A stretch of DNA of 63,574 bases, filler included, from Candidatus Woesearchaeota archaeon (lineage in GTDB: Archaea; Nanobdellota; Nanobdellia; Woesearchaeales; GCA-2687795): NCBI GenBank assembly GCA_030753365.1. It is 5 parts of 5 records of this genome, joined end to end, with 100 filler letters (N's around TTAATTAATTAA, not from the genome) between each part and the next. Parts side by side here need not be neighbours in the genome. Positions count along the whole stretch, not along the records: positions 47,048 to 57,122 come from JASMCJ010000030.1; positions 57,223 to 63,574 come from JASMCJ010000031.1; 3 more parts are not named here. One strand, written 5' to 3'. The position numbers and the translations under genes are program-made. Shown piece by piece: positions 48,004-58,234 of this stretch. Each line of letters opens with the position of its first letter. Positions within the stretch are counted from its first letter, which is position 1. The notes under the pieces were generated by a model. The model saw only the letters and a program-made list of their open reading frames with translations. It had not been told where the DNA came from and made no database searches.

Positions 48004-49407
48004 ATGAGAAAGATAATTGAGAAGAAAGGATATTGGATTTTTATTTTGATAATTATTTTGTATGCTGCTATGAAGCTGAGTTTTATTAATTATTCGTACA
48101 GCGACGAGAATACTTATTTTTATATGGGGAAGTTAGTGAGTGAGGGATTGGTTCCTTATAAGGATTTCTTTTCTTCTCACCCACCTTTGCAGGTTTATTT
48201 GTTTGCCTTATTGTTTAAGGTGTTTGGGTTTAGTTTTATTGTTCTTAAATTAGTTCCATTAGTTTGCACGATAGTGTCTGGGTTTTTTGTTTACAAGATG
48301 GTGTGGGAGAAGATTGGAGTGAGAGAGGCTGTGATTGCTTTGATTTTGTTTTTGTTTTCTTATGATAGTATGAGATTTAGCGGTTATGCCGTCGGTGTTA
48401 ATCTGACTACGATGTTTGCGGTGATGGGGATTTATTTTCTTTTGAATAAGAAGTATGTTTTGAGCGGAGTTTTCCAAGGGGTTGCAGGGATTACTGGATT
48501 GTATTCATTGATACTTCCTTTGGTTATTTTGGCTGTTTTGTTCTTTAAGAATAAGAAGAGTTTTCTTAGGTTTTTGATTGGGTTTGGGGTTGTATTTTTT
48601 GTGACTAATTTAATTTTTATGGTTGTTGCAGGGAGTGATTATGTTAACTCTGTGTATGGGTATCATTTGTCAAAGCCGTCGGAGGAGTCTAATGAGTTTA
48701 TAGTGTTGGGCAGGTTAGTGAGAGTTAATATGCTTTTGTTTGTGGCTTTTTTTGCTTATGTTTTGAGAAGGACTTTTTTTAGATATAAGAAGTTTAATGT
48801 GCTTTTTATGATTGTGTTAATGTATATATTTTTTCTTGTTTCTTTGCAGAGCATTTTTGGGTTTTATTCGATGATTATTTTTCCGTTTTTGGCGGTGCTG
48901 GGAGGCTCTTCATTGGGCTGGATTGGTAAGAAGAATAAGGGGATTCTTGTGATTGTGATTTTGTTGATGGTTTTTAGCGCTGGGTGGAGTGTTAATAAGT
49001 ATGTGAAGTATGATTTTCAGGATTTTGAGAATGCGGATGAAGTTGCAGATTTTATTGAGAGCAATTCTGATGAGAGTGATACTATTTATGGGGATGATTC
49101 TGTTACAACGCTTTTGGCTCTTCTTTCTGATAGGAGGATTACTGCTGATTTTGCGGATTCTAATAATTTTGTTTTTAGGTCTGGGGTGGTTAATTTGGGG
49201 GAGACGATTGATACATTGAAGAAGGAAAGGGTGAAGTTTATTATAGTGTATAAGTTGAAGACTGCTACTCATACAGGAAGGTTTGGGCCTGCATTTATTG
49301 ATGAGTTTTATGAGTTTGCTGTTGATAAGTGCAAGGTTGCTAAAGTGTTTAAGGAAGAGTGGCATAATTATGAGAAGATTATTGAGATTTATGAGTGTGA
49401 GTTTTAG
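48004..49407 (+). CDS. GT-C fold (ArnT/PMT-like) membrane glycosyltransferase
   Basis: SDE..Y in the first loop, PYKDFF..HPP, multiple TMs. Confidence 0.8.
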   Translation: MRKIIEKKGYWIFILIIILYAAMKLSFINYSYSDENTYFYMGKLVSEGLVPYKDFFSSHPPLQVYLFALLFKVFGFSFIVLKLVPLVCTIVSGFFVYKMVWEKIGVREAVIALILFLFSYDSMRFSGYAVGVNLTTMFAVMGIYFLLNKKYVLSGVFQGVAGITGLYSLILPLVILAVLFFKNKKSFLRFLIGFGVVFFVTNLIFMVVAGSDYVNSVYGYHLSKPSEESNEFIVLGRLVRVNMLLFVAFFAYVLRRTFFRYKKFNVLFMIVLMYIFFLVSLQSIFGFYSMIIFPFLAVLGGSSLGWIGKKNKGILVIVILLMVFSAGWSVNKYVKYDFQDFENADEVADFIESNSDESDTIYGDDSVTTLLALLSDRRITADFADSNNFVFRSGVVNLGETIDTLKKERVKFIIVYKLKTATHTGRFGPAFIDEFYEFAVDKCKVAKVFKEEWHNYEKIIEIYECEF

Positions 49408-49499
49408 CACAGACTATTAGTATGATGAAATATAGGTTAAGTGAATGGTTATATTAGAGAATAGGAATTAATTTATAGCTTATTTCTATTGCCCGTATT

Positions 49500-50981
49500 A
49501 TGTGCGGAACTGCTGGTATTGTATGTAATGATACAAGGAAAGGCTTAGATATATTAATAAAAGCAGGTGAATATCTAAAAAGGAGAGGGCCTGATAGTAT
49601 TGGAGCAGGTCTTGTGAATCCATATACAAATACTATTATAAGCAGAAGATATACTAAGCCAATTGATGAATTGTTTATAAGAGAGATCAAAGGTATAGCT
49701 TTTGATACCAGAGCAACACTTTTCTTACTTCAAACAAAGTATTCAACTAGGACAAATGTACAGAAACAAGATAAAGAGTCATTGGAGCTAAATGCACAAC
49801 CTATACATCTTTGGTATGATGGATTAGCAGGTATAGTAAATGATTGTTTAGGGGTACATAATGGAGAGGTTGAAGATGATAAGATTAAAGATTTCTTGAA
49901 GATACATTCACCAATGAAAGCAACAGTTGATTCCAGATATCTTACTGAGATCTACTTTCAGAAATTATCGGAAAGTAATGATGAATGGAAAGCTGCAGAA
50001 TGGGTTATGAATAATGTTGAAGGTGCTTTTACATTTGGGTTTTCAGAAGGGGATAGTTTAATATTTTTTAAAGATAAGAGAGGTTACAGACCTTTGTGTA
50101 TTGGTGAGACAGATGGTTTAATTATGCTTACTTCTGAAAGTGGATTTTTTAATGATTATAACCTTGATTTTATTGATGAGGTGAAGCCTGGTGAGATGGT
50201 TAAAGTTGATAGAGATCTCAGATATGAGAAAAGACTATTAGTAGATTATTCTCCTAAAGCTCCTTGTGCATTTGAAGATATCTATTTTAAGGATTTTATT
50301 TCCAGGGATTTCACAGGAGAACATTCAGTAAGAGAAACAAGAGAAAGAGTTGGAATTGAATTATATAAGTTTTACAAAAATGAATTAGACAATTTTGATT
50401 TTGTAGTTCCTGTAATTGAATCAGGAAATACTTATGGCCAAGCGTTTGCTGCAGCTTCAGGAAAGATGTTTAAGGATGTGGTGAGAAAACCTGAAAGGGA
50501 TGTTAGGTACTTCTTAAGAGCAAAGGTTGAGAAAGAGCATAAGTATAGTGTAGATGATTTAATAGTTAGAGGGAAAGATATTCTTGCAACAGATGATAGC
50601 CTTGTAAGAGGAGATACAATTGTAGAGTTTTATGCTAGCTTGAAGAAGGCTGGCGCAAAGACGGTATCTTTTATGATTGCCTGGCCGCCTATATTCTTTA
50701 CTTGTAATAATGGTATTGATACACCTACACGTGAAGAACTTTATGCACATAAGTTAATTGAGAGAGACCTTATAGAATATAATGGTGGTGAAGTAAAATA
50801 TGATGTTCATAGAGTTAATGATATGATAACTGGTTTATTAAGAGACGATATAAGACAAGAGTGTCCTGAGATCAATCCTAATGATCTTTATGTGTATTAT
50901 GGGACAAACGAAATCTTAGCTGAAAGTCTCCCTTATAAACAAAAGTGCTCGCTTTGTCATACTGGTGTTCCACCAAAATAA
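49500..50981 (+). CDS. purF: Divergent amidophosphoribosyltransferase-like protein
   Basis: N-terminal MCG, RGPDS.G, NAQP, HNG, G.RPL, CAFE.IYF, DDSLVRG, C..GID, CxxC. Confidence 0.75.
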   Translation: MCGTAGIVCNDTRKGLDILIKAGEYLKRRGPDSIGAGLVNPYTNTIISRRYTKPIDELFIREIKGIAFDTRATLFLLQTKYSTRTNVQKQDKESLELNAQPIHLWYDGLAGIVNDCLGVHNGEVEDDKIKDFLKIHSPMKATVDSRYLTEIYFQKLSESNDEWKAAEWVMNNVEGAFTFGFSEGDSLIFFKDKRGYRPLCIGETDGLIMLTSESGFFNDYNLDFIDEVKPGEMVKVDRDLRYEKRLLVDYSPKAPCAFEDIYFKDFISRDFTGEHSVRETRERVGIELYKFYKNELDNFDFVVPVIESGNTYGQAFAAASGKMFKDVVRKPERDVRYFLRAKVEKEHKYSVDDLIVRGKDILATDDSLVRGDTIVEFYASLKKAGAKTVSFMIAWPPIFFTCNNGIDTPTREELYAHKLIERDLIEYNGGEVKYDVHRVNDMITGLLRDDIRQECPEINPNDLYVYYGTNEILAESLPYKQKCSLCHTGVPPK

Positions 50982-51023
50982 TTTTCCAAAACTATTATAT
51001 ACGTAAAACAGATTTTATGTTGT

Positions 51024-52727
51024 ATGAAGGCGAGGTATAAGCATTTTCTTATAATAATTGTTGCTGTGATTGTTGTTTATTTAAACATATTTAGGAATGA
51101 TTTTGTTTGGGATGACAAGTTCTTTGTGCTTGAGAGAGAGGAGATTAAGGATTTAGGAAATATTCCTGCTTTTTTTACCCAGGATGTTGAAGGGCTTTAT
51201 AGGCCAGTGAGGACTGTGTTCTATGCAGTTAGTTATGCTTTATGGAAAGAGAATCCAATAGGATATCATGTTAATGCTATTTTAATTCATAGTATTGTGA
51301 GTATTCTTGTTTATTTGATTATATTGAAGATTTCAGGGAAAATTAAATTGTCCTTTTTGGGAGGATTGTTGTTTGCTTTGCATCCTGTGCATACTGAAGC
51401 TGTTACGTTTATCACTGCTAATTTTGATTTGTTAGGGATTGTATTTTATCTTTTGGGGTTTTTTTATTATCTTAAGGCTTCTGAGAATGGTAAATATTAT
51501 ACTGTTTCTATTTTGTTTTTCTTATTAGGAGTTTTTGCTAATGAGTTTGGTGTAACTTTGCCTTTGGTTTTGGTGTGTTATGATTTGGTTTATAAGAATT
51601 TGAGAAAGAATAATCTTGTGCAGAAGTTAAAGCAGTATATTCCATATTTTATAATAACTGCTTTGTTTCTTTTCATAAGGTTTAGGATAATAGGAGTTTT
51701 TGCAAGGGTTGAAAGTTATCAAGCTAATTATTTTGGCAAGCTCTTTACTATGCCGCAGGTTATAATGAGATATATTCAGATTCTTTTTGTGCCTTTTAAC
51801 CTTAGCGTTGATCATTCTGTCGGGATTGCTTCATTTGCTGAAGTGATATTCTTTTCTGTTATTGTGGCTTTGGTTGTTTATTTTGGGTTTATGTTAAGGA
51901 AGAAGTCTAAACTGGCAAGTTTTGGAGTGTTCTGGTTTTTTATAACTTTGCTGCCGGTTATGAATATTGTTCCTATACAGAGAATGATGGCAGAGGTTTA
52001 TCTTTATCTTCCTTCTGTTGGGTTTTGTGTGTTTCTTGCATGGCTGATTGGAAAGGTTCCTAAGATGAAGTTTAGGAATGCAAAGATTTGTTATATTTTG
52101 ATATTGATAGTAGTTTTAGGTTCTTATTCAGTAATTTCTATTAATAGGAATACTATCTGGAAGGATGAGTTTAGTTTATGGAACAATGCAGTTAAAACTA
52201 ATCCTTCAAGTAGCAAAGTGCATTCTAATCTTGCTTTAGAACTTGATGAAAGAGGATTTGTTGATGAAGCTATAGAAGAGTATAAGGAATCTATAAGATT
52301 GAATCCAAACAGGGCAAAGACTTATTTCAATTTAGGGATTAGTTATGGAAAGAAAGGGATGGTTGATGAAGCTGTGGATGCGTATGGCGCTTCTTTAAAT
52401 CTTGAACCAGATGATGCAGAAGCATATAATAACAGAGGGATTTTGTATGCTAAAAAGAATGTTTCATATTTGGCTATTAATGATTTTAAGAATGCTTTGA
52501 GTTTAGATCCTGAGTTTGCTCAGGCTTATGTGAATTTAGGTAATGTTTATAATGAAATAAAGGATTATGATGATGCAATCAAGGCTTATTTGGCTGCAGT
52601 TAGCATTAATCCAAACATTGCTGAGGCATATTATAATTTAGGGGTGGTTTATAATAAAAATGGGATGAATGAAGAGGCTAAACTTGCTTTTGATAAGGCT
52701 TATGGATTGAATCCTAATCTTAAATAA
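51024..52727 (+). CDS. TMTC-like GT-C membrane protein with C-terminal TPRs
   Basis: FVWDD, YRP, LFALHPVHTEAV, YLYLPS, RN..WK, about 5 TPR repeats. Confidence 0.85.
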   Translation: MKARYKHFLIIIVAVIVVYLNIFRNDFVWDDKFFVLEREEIKDLGNIPAFFTQDVEGLYRPVRTVFYAVSYALWKENPIGYHVNAILIHSIVSILVYLIILKISGKIKLSFLGGLLFALHPVHTEAVTFITANFDLLGIVFYLLGFFYYLKASENGKYYTVSILFFLLGVFANEFGVTLPLVLVCYDLVYKNLRKNNLVQKLKQYIPYFIITALFLFIRFRIIGVFARVESYQANYFGKLFTMPQVIMRYIQILFVPFNLSVDHSVGIASFAEVIFFSVIVALVVYFGFMLRKKSKLASFGVFWFFITLLPVMNIVPIQRMMAEVYLYLPSVGFCVFLAWLIGKVPKMKFRNAKICYILILIVVLGSYSVISINRNTIWKDEFSLWNNAVKTNPSSSKVHSNLALELDERGFVDEAIEEYKESIRLNPNRAKTYFNLGISYGKKGMVDEAVDAYGASLNLEPDDAEAYNNRGILYAKKNVSYLAINDFKNALSLDPEFAQAYVNLGNVYNEIKDYDDAIKAYLAAVSINPNIAEAYYNLGVVYNKNGMNEEAKLAFDKAYGLNPNLK

Positions 52728-52728
52728 A

Positions 52729-53937
52729 ATGGCAAAACTTGAATTTGAGAGTTTATCTTTTGAGGAAGAGAATGATTTTGTTAGAGTTAGCCTTCTCAAA
52801 ATATTTTATTTTCAGATTCCTAAAATTGATTTAAATAAAATAGGAGATTTTGTGTTAAGCGCTAATTCTATTGATTTTAGGGATGTGTCAATGAAAAAGG
52901 CAGGCAATAAGTTCAATATGCTTATACAGAAGCATATTCCTGGCTTGAAGAATAAGATAACTGGTAGAAAAACTGTTTATGTTCACCAAAATTCTGGGAT
53001 TCCTTTGATAGGATCTAATTATTTCGGCATTGTTGACAGAGGAACTTCTTTGATAGAGATAAAGCCTGTTAATGGATGTAATCTTAATTGTATCTATTGC
53101 TCTGTTGATGAAGGCAGGGAGAGTAAGACGAGGTTAGTGGATTTTGTGGTTGAAAAGGATTATTTGGTTGCGGAATTAAGGAAAGTAGTTGATTTTAAGT
53201 GTGCAGATAGCCTAGAGATTCATATAGCTGGGCAATCCGAGCCGTTATTATATGATGATGTTGTCCCCTTGGTAAAAGAGATCTCTCAAATTAGGGAGGT
53301 TAAAGTGGTTTCTATGGACACTAATGGCACACTATTAACTAAAAAACTTGTTGATAAACTGATAAAAGCAGGCCTTACAAGGTTTCATATGTCAATAAAC
53401 TCGCTTGATCCAGAGCTTGCTACAAAGATTGCTGGAGCTCAGTATAACATAAGCCATGTGAAGAAGATGGCAGAGTATATTGTTAAGAAAGCTGAAGTGA
53501 TAATAACTCCTATATGGATAGAAGGTGTTAATGATAAGGAAATTCCTAAATTGGTTGAGTTTGCAGACAAAATAAAAGCTGATATAGGGATTCAGAACTT
53601 TTTGAGGTATAAACATGGAAGAAATCCTGCAAAGCAGATGGAATGGTCAGGGTTTTATGATAAACTTAAGGCTTTGGAGAAGAGATTTAATGTTAAATTA
53701 ATAAAAAGTGAAGAAGATTTTAATATAATTAAAACAAAAGAATTGCCTAAGCCTTTGAAAAAGGATGAGAGTGTAAAAGTGAAGATTGTGGCAGAAGGAA
53801 GGTTGAGAGATGAAAAGATTGCTGTTTATGATAATAAGGTTATTTCTGTGTTTAATTGTTCTGAAGCTGTAAATGAGACTGTTAAGGTTAGAATTCTTAG
53901 AACTAAGCATAATATTTTTGTAGGCAAAAAAGAATAA
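52729..53937 (+). CDS. Radical SAM protein with C-terminal TRAM-like domain
   Basis: CNLNCIYC, SEP, TNG; C-terminal V.V.I.R.KHNIF.G. Confidence 0.88.
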   Translation: MAKLEFESLSFEEENDFVRVSLLKIFYFQIPKIDLNKIGDFVLSANSIDFRDVSMKKAGNKFNMLIQKHIPGLKNKITGRKTVYVHQNSGIPLIGSNYFGIVDRGTSLIEIKPVNGCNLNCIYCSVDEGRESKTRLVDFVVEKDYLVAELRKVVDFKCADSLEIHIAGQSEPLLYDDVVPLVKEISQIREVKVVSMDTNGTLLTKKLVDKLIKAGLTRFHMSINSLDPELATKIAGAQYNISHVKKMAEYIVKKAEVIITPIWIEGVNDKEIPKLVEFADKIKADIGIQNFLRYKHGRNPAKQMEWSGFYDKLKALEKRFNVKLIKSEEDFNIIKTKELPKPLKKDESVKVKIVAEGRLRDEKIAVYDNKVISVFNCSEAVNETVKVRILRTKHNIFVGKKE

Positions 53938-53978
53938 TAAAAAAAAAGAAATTAAAAAAAAGGTTTGTTTAAACCTTT

Positions 53979-56561
53979 TTATTCTGCTGCTTCAGTTGTC
54001 TCTTCTTCAGCTTCTTCTTCAACAACTTCTTCGACAGTTGGTGCACTAACAGTTATGTCTGAGAGGCTTGTTCCTGTAACCTCTACTTCCATACCGGTTA
54101 GGGTTCCTGCAGTCCGATATGTTTCAAAGTCTGCAACAACTCTTGAAGCTCTTTGTGAGTCTTCTGCTGTCCAACCAGCTACAACCAAGGCTACGTTGCC
54201 GTCTGTCTGTTCAACCAGCTTAACTATTGCTGCATTTTCTGGGATTCCAGAAGCTGCGCCGTAGCTAGGGAATGGTTTTCCAAGCAAGACTGCTGCTGCC
54301 TTATTGATAGCAGGACCGCCAACAACGATTAAGTTTTGGGTCTTTTCTTTGCCATCAACTGCTGGGTCTGTATCAAGAACAGCTGCTCCAACATCAATCT
54401 TTGTAACAGTTGTGGTTTCAACTGCTCCATCGCCTGAACTTGTGGTTGCAGTAGTTGCACCAGATGTTACGAAGAAAGCACCGAAGGCTTGTTCGTCAGG
54501 GTAAGTAATTACCATATCATTTTGGGTGTCTGAGCCAGTTCCTTTCCTGTCATTGGATATAAACATACCATAGTTGGTGTATAGTTTATAGACGTTACTA
54601 CCATCTTCTTCCAATTGCATGCCTACTGCAGGTTGATATTGGCTTCCCCAAGTAGCATTATTTAGACTGTCATTAATATCTAATTTATTGCTACTTTCAT
54701 ATAAGTTAATCTCTACCCTATCAAATTGGTTATCTTCATCATCTTCTGTTGTAAGGCAGATGTTTCCGCCTTGTGCAGTAGTTGATGTACCACCACAGTT
54801 CAATGTTATGTTAAGCTCACCTTTAGTCCATAATTCAGGATTTACCAGTTTATCATCTCTGGTTCCATCTCCATCTAAGTCAACCATAATAGTTCCTCCG
54901 TTTGTATCGGAACTTATATTAATCTTAAATGTATTACCATCAAGATTTAGGTCGCCTTCTAGAGCATCACCAGTGTATGTTACTTCATGCATGCTTCCAG
55001 TACCAGTATCCAGAATTTTTATTGTTCCAGTATTGTCCGAAGTAGAAGTTCCTTGAACAACATCCTTGAACTGCATTATTCTTGAATACTTTCCTTTGCT
55101 TACAACAAAGTAGTTTTCGTCAGCCACTGTGTTGTTTTCATGCATTACTATAGACCTAACAGCTGAACCAGTGTATCTTCCAACTGTAACTGCTCCATCA
55201 GCTCCTTCTAAATTCACAACATCCTGGTTATACTCAACACCAGCTTTGTTGGTAAATTTTAGCTTATAATTATAGCTTCCGCTTGGCTTTAAGGTAATCT
55301 CATCTGTTGCTCCTATCTGAAGACCTTCAAACTTATAGTCAAAAGAATCTGTAAAGAAGTTTCCTTCCTGAGATTCTGCAAGGTCTGCAACGTCTGCAGC
55401 TGATGCACCTTCTCCTAAATAAAGATCTTGCCCTGCAGTGTAATTAACCTCAATAGATGTTATGGTTACATCAGAACCATGGGTTATTCCTTCATCTGTT
55501 GAAGTAACAATATCACCTTTGGTAGAGCTTAACTCTTCACTTCCAACTGTTATAGTTGCATCAGAACCTGCAGTTTGTGTGGCAGAATCTGCAATCTTAA
55601 TCTTATTTGCACCGATATCAAATTCTGCTTTTCTTAAACCGCCAGCAAATGCTTGCGCCATTATATCAACAATACCAATTTCACTACCATCTGCTAACTT
55701 AAAAGTATCCCCTTCTGCAAGAGAAGTTGTTACTTCATTGTTAACTGTAAATTTTGCAGTGGTTGTTCCAACAAAGTCAAGCGTTACATCATATTCATCA
55801 CCAGTTGGTAAAGTATATGATTTAGAAGCGCCTTCTTCCAGAACATCATTAACAGCTCCAGCCATAAAAGTCAGCTCAGTATTATTCATTGCAGAATGTG
55901 CTGCTTTTATAATGGTATATTCCTTTCCTAACATTGTTATCTTTTTGTTCTTAATGTCATCAAGATAACCGCTTGAACCAGTATTATGGTCAGATTTCAA
56001 GCCAGGAGAAAAGCTAATTTTATATCTATATACTGCTGCTCCATTTGCAATCACAAAATATGGCTTTACTACACTATCCACATCATCCGGGTCAGCTGTA
56101 TACTGCATTTTTCCATCTGTTGGCAGATATATTGTTTCAGTATAATCATAGTCACCATTTTCATTAGTTATAGTTCCACCACCTAATGCTACTAAATCAG
56201 AACTGGTTAATGATTCTGTAATACCAGTTATAGCTTCATTAAATTCAAGTTTGTTAGAACTCTTTTCTACCTTTTTACTATCACCGCTCATAGAAACAGA
56301 TGTAGCACTTCCGGTATCTACAGTACTTACTGTCTTTGCAGCATACTGTAAACTGGTTGCAATATCAATTGCTCCTAAAACGTCCTGAGTTGCAGCGGCT
56401 TCACCTACTACAATCAATGCATTAAAAGCACCATCCTTTACAAAAGGATCAGGGTATGTACTCAAATCAGCAGCAGCTAAAGCGCCTAACATAGTAGCTC
56501 CGAACATCGAAGCACCTGCACCTAAAGCAGCCACCTTCTTTATTGTTTTTAATAGCTTCAT
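53979..56561 (-). CDS. S-layer protein
   Basis: IKKVAALGAG..M.GAT..GA.AADL..YP.PF, IVVG..AA..D...A.DI; C-terminal NLIVVGGPAINK and LVVAG..A.D; acidic, Thr-rich. Confidence 0.9.
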   Translation of the reverse strand: MKLLKTIKKVAALGAGASMFGATMLGALAAADLSTYPDPFVKDGAFNALIVVGEAAATQDVLGAIDIATSLQYAAKTVSTVDTGSATSVSMSGDSKKVEKSSNKLEFNEAITGITESLTSSDLVALGGGTITNENGDYDYTETIYLPTDGKMQYTADPDDVDSVVKPYFVIANGAAVYRYKISFSPGLKSDHNTGSSGYLDDIKNKKITMLGKEYTIIKAAHSAMNNTELTFMAGAVNDVLEEGASKSYTLPTGDEYDVTLDFVGTTTAKFTVNNEVTTSLAEGDTFKLADGSEIGIVDIMAQAFAGGLRKAEFDIGANKIKIADSATQTAGSDATITVGSEELSSTKGDIVTSTDEGITHGSDVTITSIEVNYTAGQDLYLGEGASAADVADLAESQEGNFFTDSFDYKFEGLQIGATDEITLKPSGSYNYKLKFTNKAGVEYNQDVVNLEGADGAVTVGRYTGSAVRSIVMHENNTVADENYFVVSKGKYSRIMQFKDVVQGTSTSDNTGTIKILDTGTGSMHEVTYTGDALEGDLNLDGNTFKINISSDTNGGTIMVDLDGDGTRDDKLVNPELWTKGELNITLNCGGTSTTAQGGNICLTTEDDEDNQFDRVEINLYESSNKLDINDSLNNATWGSQYQPAVGMQLEEDGSNVYKLYTNYGMFISNDRKGTGSDTQNDMVITYPDEQAFGAFFVTSGATTATTSSGDGAVETTTVTKIDVGAAVLDTDPAVDGKEKTQNLIVVGGPAINKAAAVLLGKPFPSYGAASGIPENAAIVKLVEQTDGNVALVVAGWTAEDSQRASRVVADFETYRTAGTLTGMEVEVTGTSLSDITVSAPTVEEVVEEEAEEETTEAAE

Positions 56562-56931
56562 TATCTAAACACCTCCATGTTTTTGTTTTTTAGCTATCGG
56601 TTAATTTTTTCTACTTCTATTAAACTCTCAAATCATATATAAACCTTTTGGTGAAAGGCTTATTCTATTTTGATTTGGCAGTTTCTACTATAATTTTGTT
56701 ACCTTAATGCATGAAATTGCTTATAAACTTTTCGCAAAAGAAAGAGCACTCTCAAAAGCCTTTACCTAATATCATCCTCTCCTGTGAAAAGAAGAGGTTT
56801 TGGAGGCTTCATTACTCTGAAATGAAGAAAATGGTGAGGGGGCAAAATATAGGGTTTTGTATCATTCTGTTTAAAAGGATTTATAAAAGAAAATGGAGAA
56901 TAATTAATAGATTTAGAGCATATTTCTGAGA

Positions 56932-57122
56932 TTAAATTGTTTCCTTGATATTTGACTCTTTTATTGTTTCATTATCTTTATCAAAAACAAAGTCTGCTTC
57001 TAGTTTCTTTCCCTGTATAATCAGAGGAAGCCAGTGCTTGTCGTCGGCCCACATTTTGTGGAAAGGAATATCTTTAATGCCAAACCATTCTGGCTTCATT
57101 TCTTCGCTTTCTTCAGGAGAGC
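56932..57122 (-). CDS. Nudix 8-oxo-dGTPase (MTH1-like), C-terminal fragment
   Basis: Read manually: ESEEMKPEWFGIKDIPFHKMWADDKHWLP. Confidence 0.8.
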
Positions 57123-57222
57123 NNNNNNNNNNNNNNNNNNNNNNNNNNNNNNNNNNNNNNNNNNNNTTAATTAATTAANNNNNNNNNNNNNNNNNNNNNN
57201 NNNNNNNNNNNNNNNNNNNNNN
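57123..57222. other. Artificial contig spacer
   Basis: N44-TTAATTAATTAA-N44. Confidence 0.98.
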
Positions 57223-57750
57223 CAGCTTGCTGCGATAATCTTTAATAGTTTAGTTACTTTATCTCTGTAATGAAAGTTCGTAAAGCTTGTCATTGTTCTT
57301 ATCGCATTCGATATCATATGGTTTTTGTTGTTAAGTACAGAAGAGGTTTAGTTACTTCTCAAGTTTTTGATTTTATGAAGCATATTTGTAAGGGGATTGA
57401 AAAAAGATACTTTCTTCGTTTTGATGCTTTAGGTTACGAAAATGATTATATTCACTTAGTGGTTGAGGGTGCTCCTCGTTATTCTCCTTCAAGAATCATG
57501 CAAATCTGTAAAAGTGTTTTGGCAATTCAAGTATTTAAAGAATTTCCCAAGATTAAAGAAGAAGAACTTTGGGGTGGTGAGTTTTGGACTGATGGAGGGC
57601 ATATTGATACTATTGGTGATGGAAGAGGATTAGATGAAGTAAAAAAATATGTCAAAAATCAAGGTAGGGATTCGAGTCAGTTACTTATCTATGAGTTTAT
57701 AGATACCCCGCAGCTTGCTGCGGAGTGAGCGTAGCGAACGGTGGGTATTT
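57223..57750 (+). mobile_element. IS200/IS605-family element (tnpA only), left end cut by the contig break
   Basis: tnpA flanked by CAGCTTGCTGCG (57223-57234) and ATACCCCGCAGCTTGCTGCG (57703-57722). Confidence 0.85.
57270..57728 (+). CDS. tnpA: Y1 HUH transposase TnpA (HUH motif reads Y-I-H)
   Basis: YHMVFVVKYRR, DYIHL, KS, LWGGEFW, KKYVKNQ. Confidence 0.92.
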   Translation: MKVRKACHCSYRIRYHMVFVVKYRRGLVTSQVFDFMKHICKGIEKRYFLRFDALGYENDYIHLVVEGAPRYSPSRIMQICKSVLAIQVFKEFPKIKEEELWGGEFWTDGGHIDTIGDGRGLDEVKKYVKNQGRDSSQLLIYEFIDTPQLAAE

Positions 57751-57757
57751 CATTTAC

Positions 57758-58024
57758 TCACAGCATAGTCCTGATACTATCAATATGCTCAGCAATATCT
57801 GAACCTTCTTTTGTAAGAGTCAAAAGCTTAAGTCTTCCCTGTTTCTCAAACTGAATTAAGCCAGCTTTCTGCATTTCCTGGAGAATCTTAACGACATGGG
57901 AGTATGTGCAGTCAATAGACTTTGCAAGAGAAGAAGCATACACTTCAGATTTAGCGTTCTTTAAGCCAACTAACATCATAGTAGGCTTTTCCCTAAAAAA
58001 AACATTAAACATTTTGCCATTCAT
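57758..58024 (-). CDS. Winged-helix (MarR-like) transcription regulator
   Basis: LAKSIDCTYSHVVKIL..M...GLI..EKQGR...L.LT..G. Confidence 0.85.
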   Translation of the reverse strand: MNGKMFNVFFREKPTMMLVGLKNAKSEVYASSLAKSIDCTYSHVVKILQEMQKAGLIQFEKQGRLKLLTLTKEGSDIAEHIDSIRTML

Positions 58025-58234
58025 AATACAACCCCTATTATCTTCTCTTAAATAACTTTTAGATTAAATATATTCTATAATTATCTTCTGTAATAAGGAG
58101 ATTGGACTAATTATTTAAAGCTTTCTAAAAAAAATAGTTTTCCGTCGGAGATTGTTTATAATAAATATTTACTCTTACATAGGAATGTTAAATTATTAAA
58201 AAAGTTTATATATGATTATCTTCAAAATAGGATT

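Noticed and set aside
53965..56186. Several plus-strand ORFs within the S-layer gene, and similar nested ORFs in other long genes
   Set aside because: Antisense or alternative-frame shadows of well-supported CDSs.
56711..56929. 72-aa ORF upstream of the S-layer gene
   Set aside because: No motif or RBS; lies in an AT-rich promoter-like region.
56932..57728. Apparent insertion of the IS200 element next to the Nudix and S-layer genes
   Set aside because: They are separated by an artificial contig join, so adjacency is unsupported.
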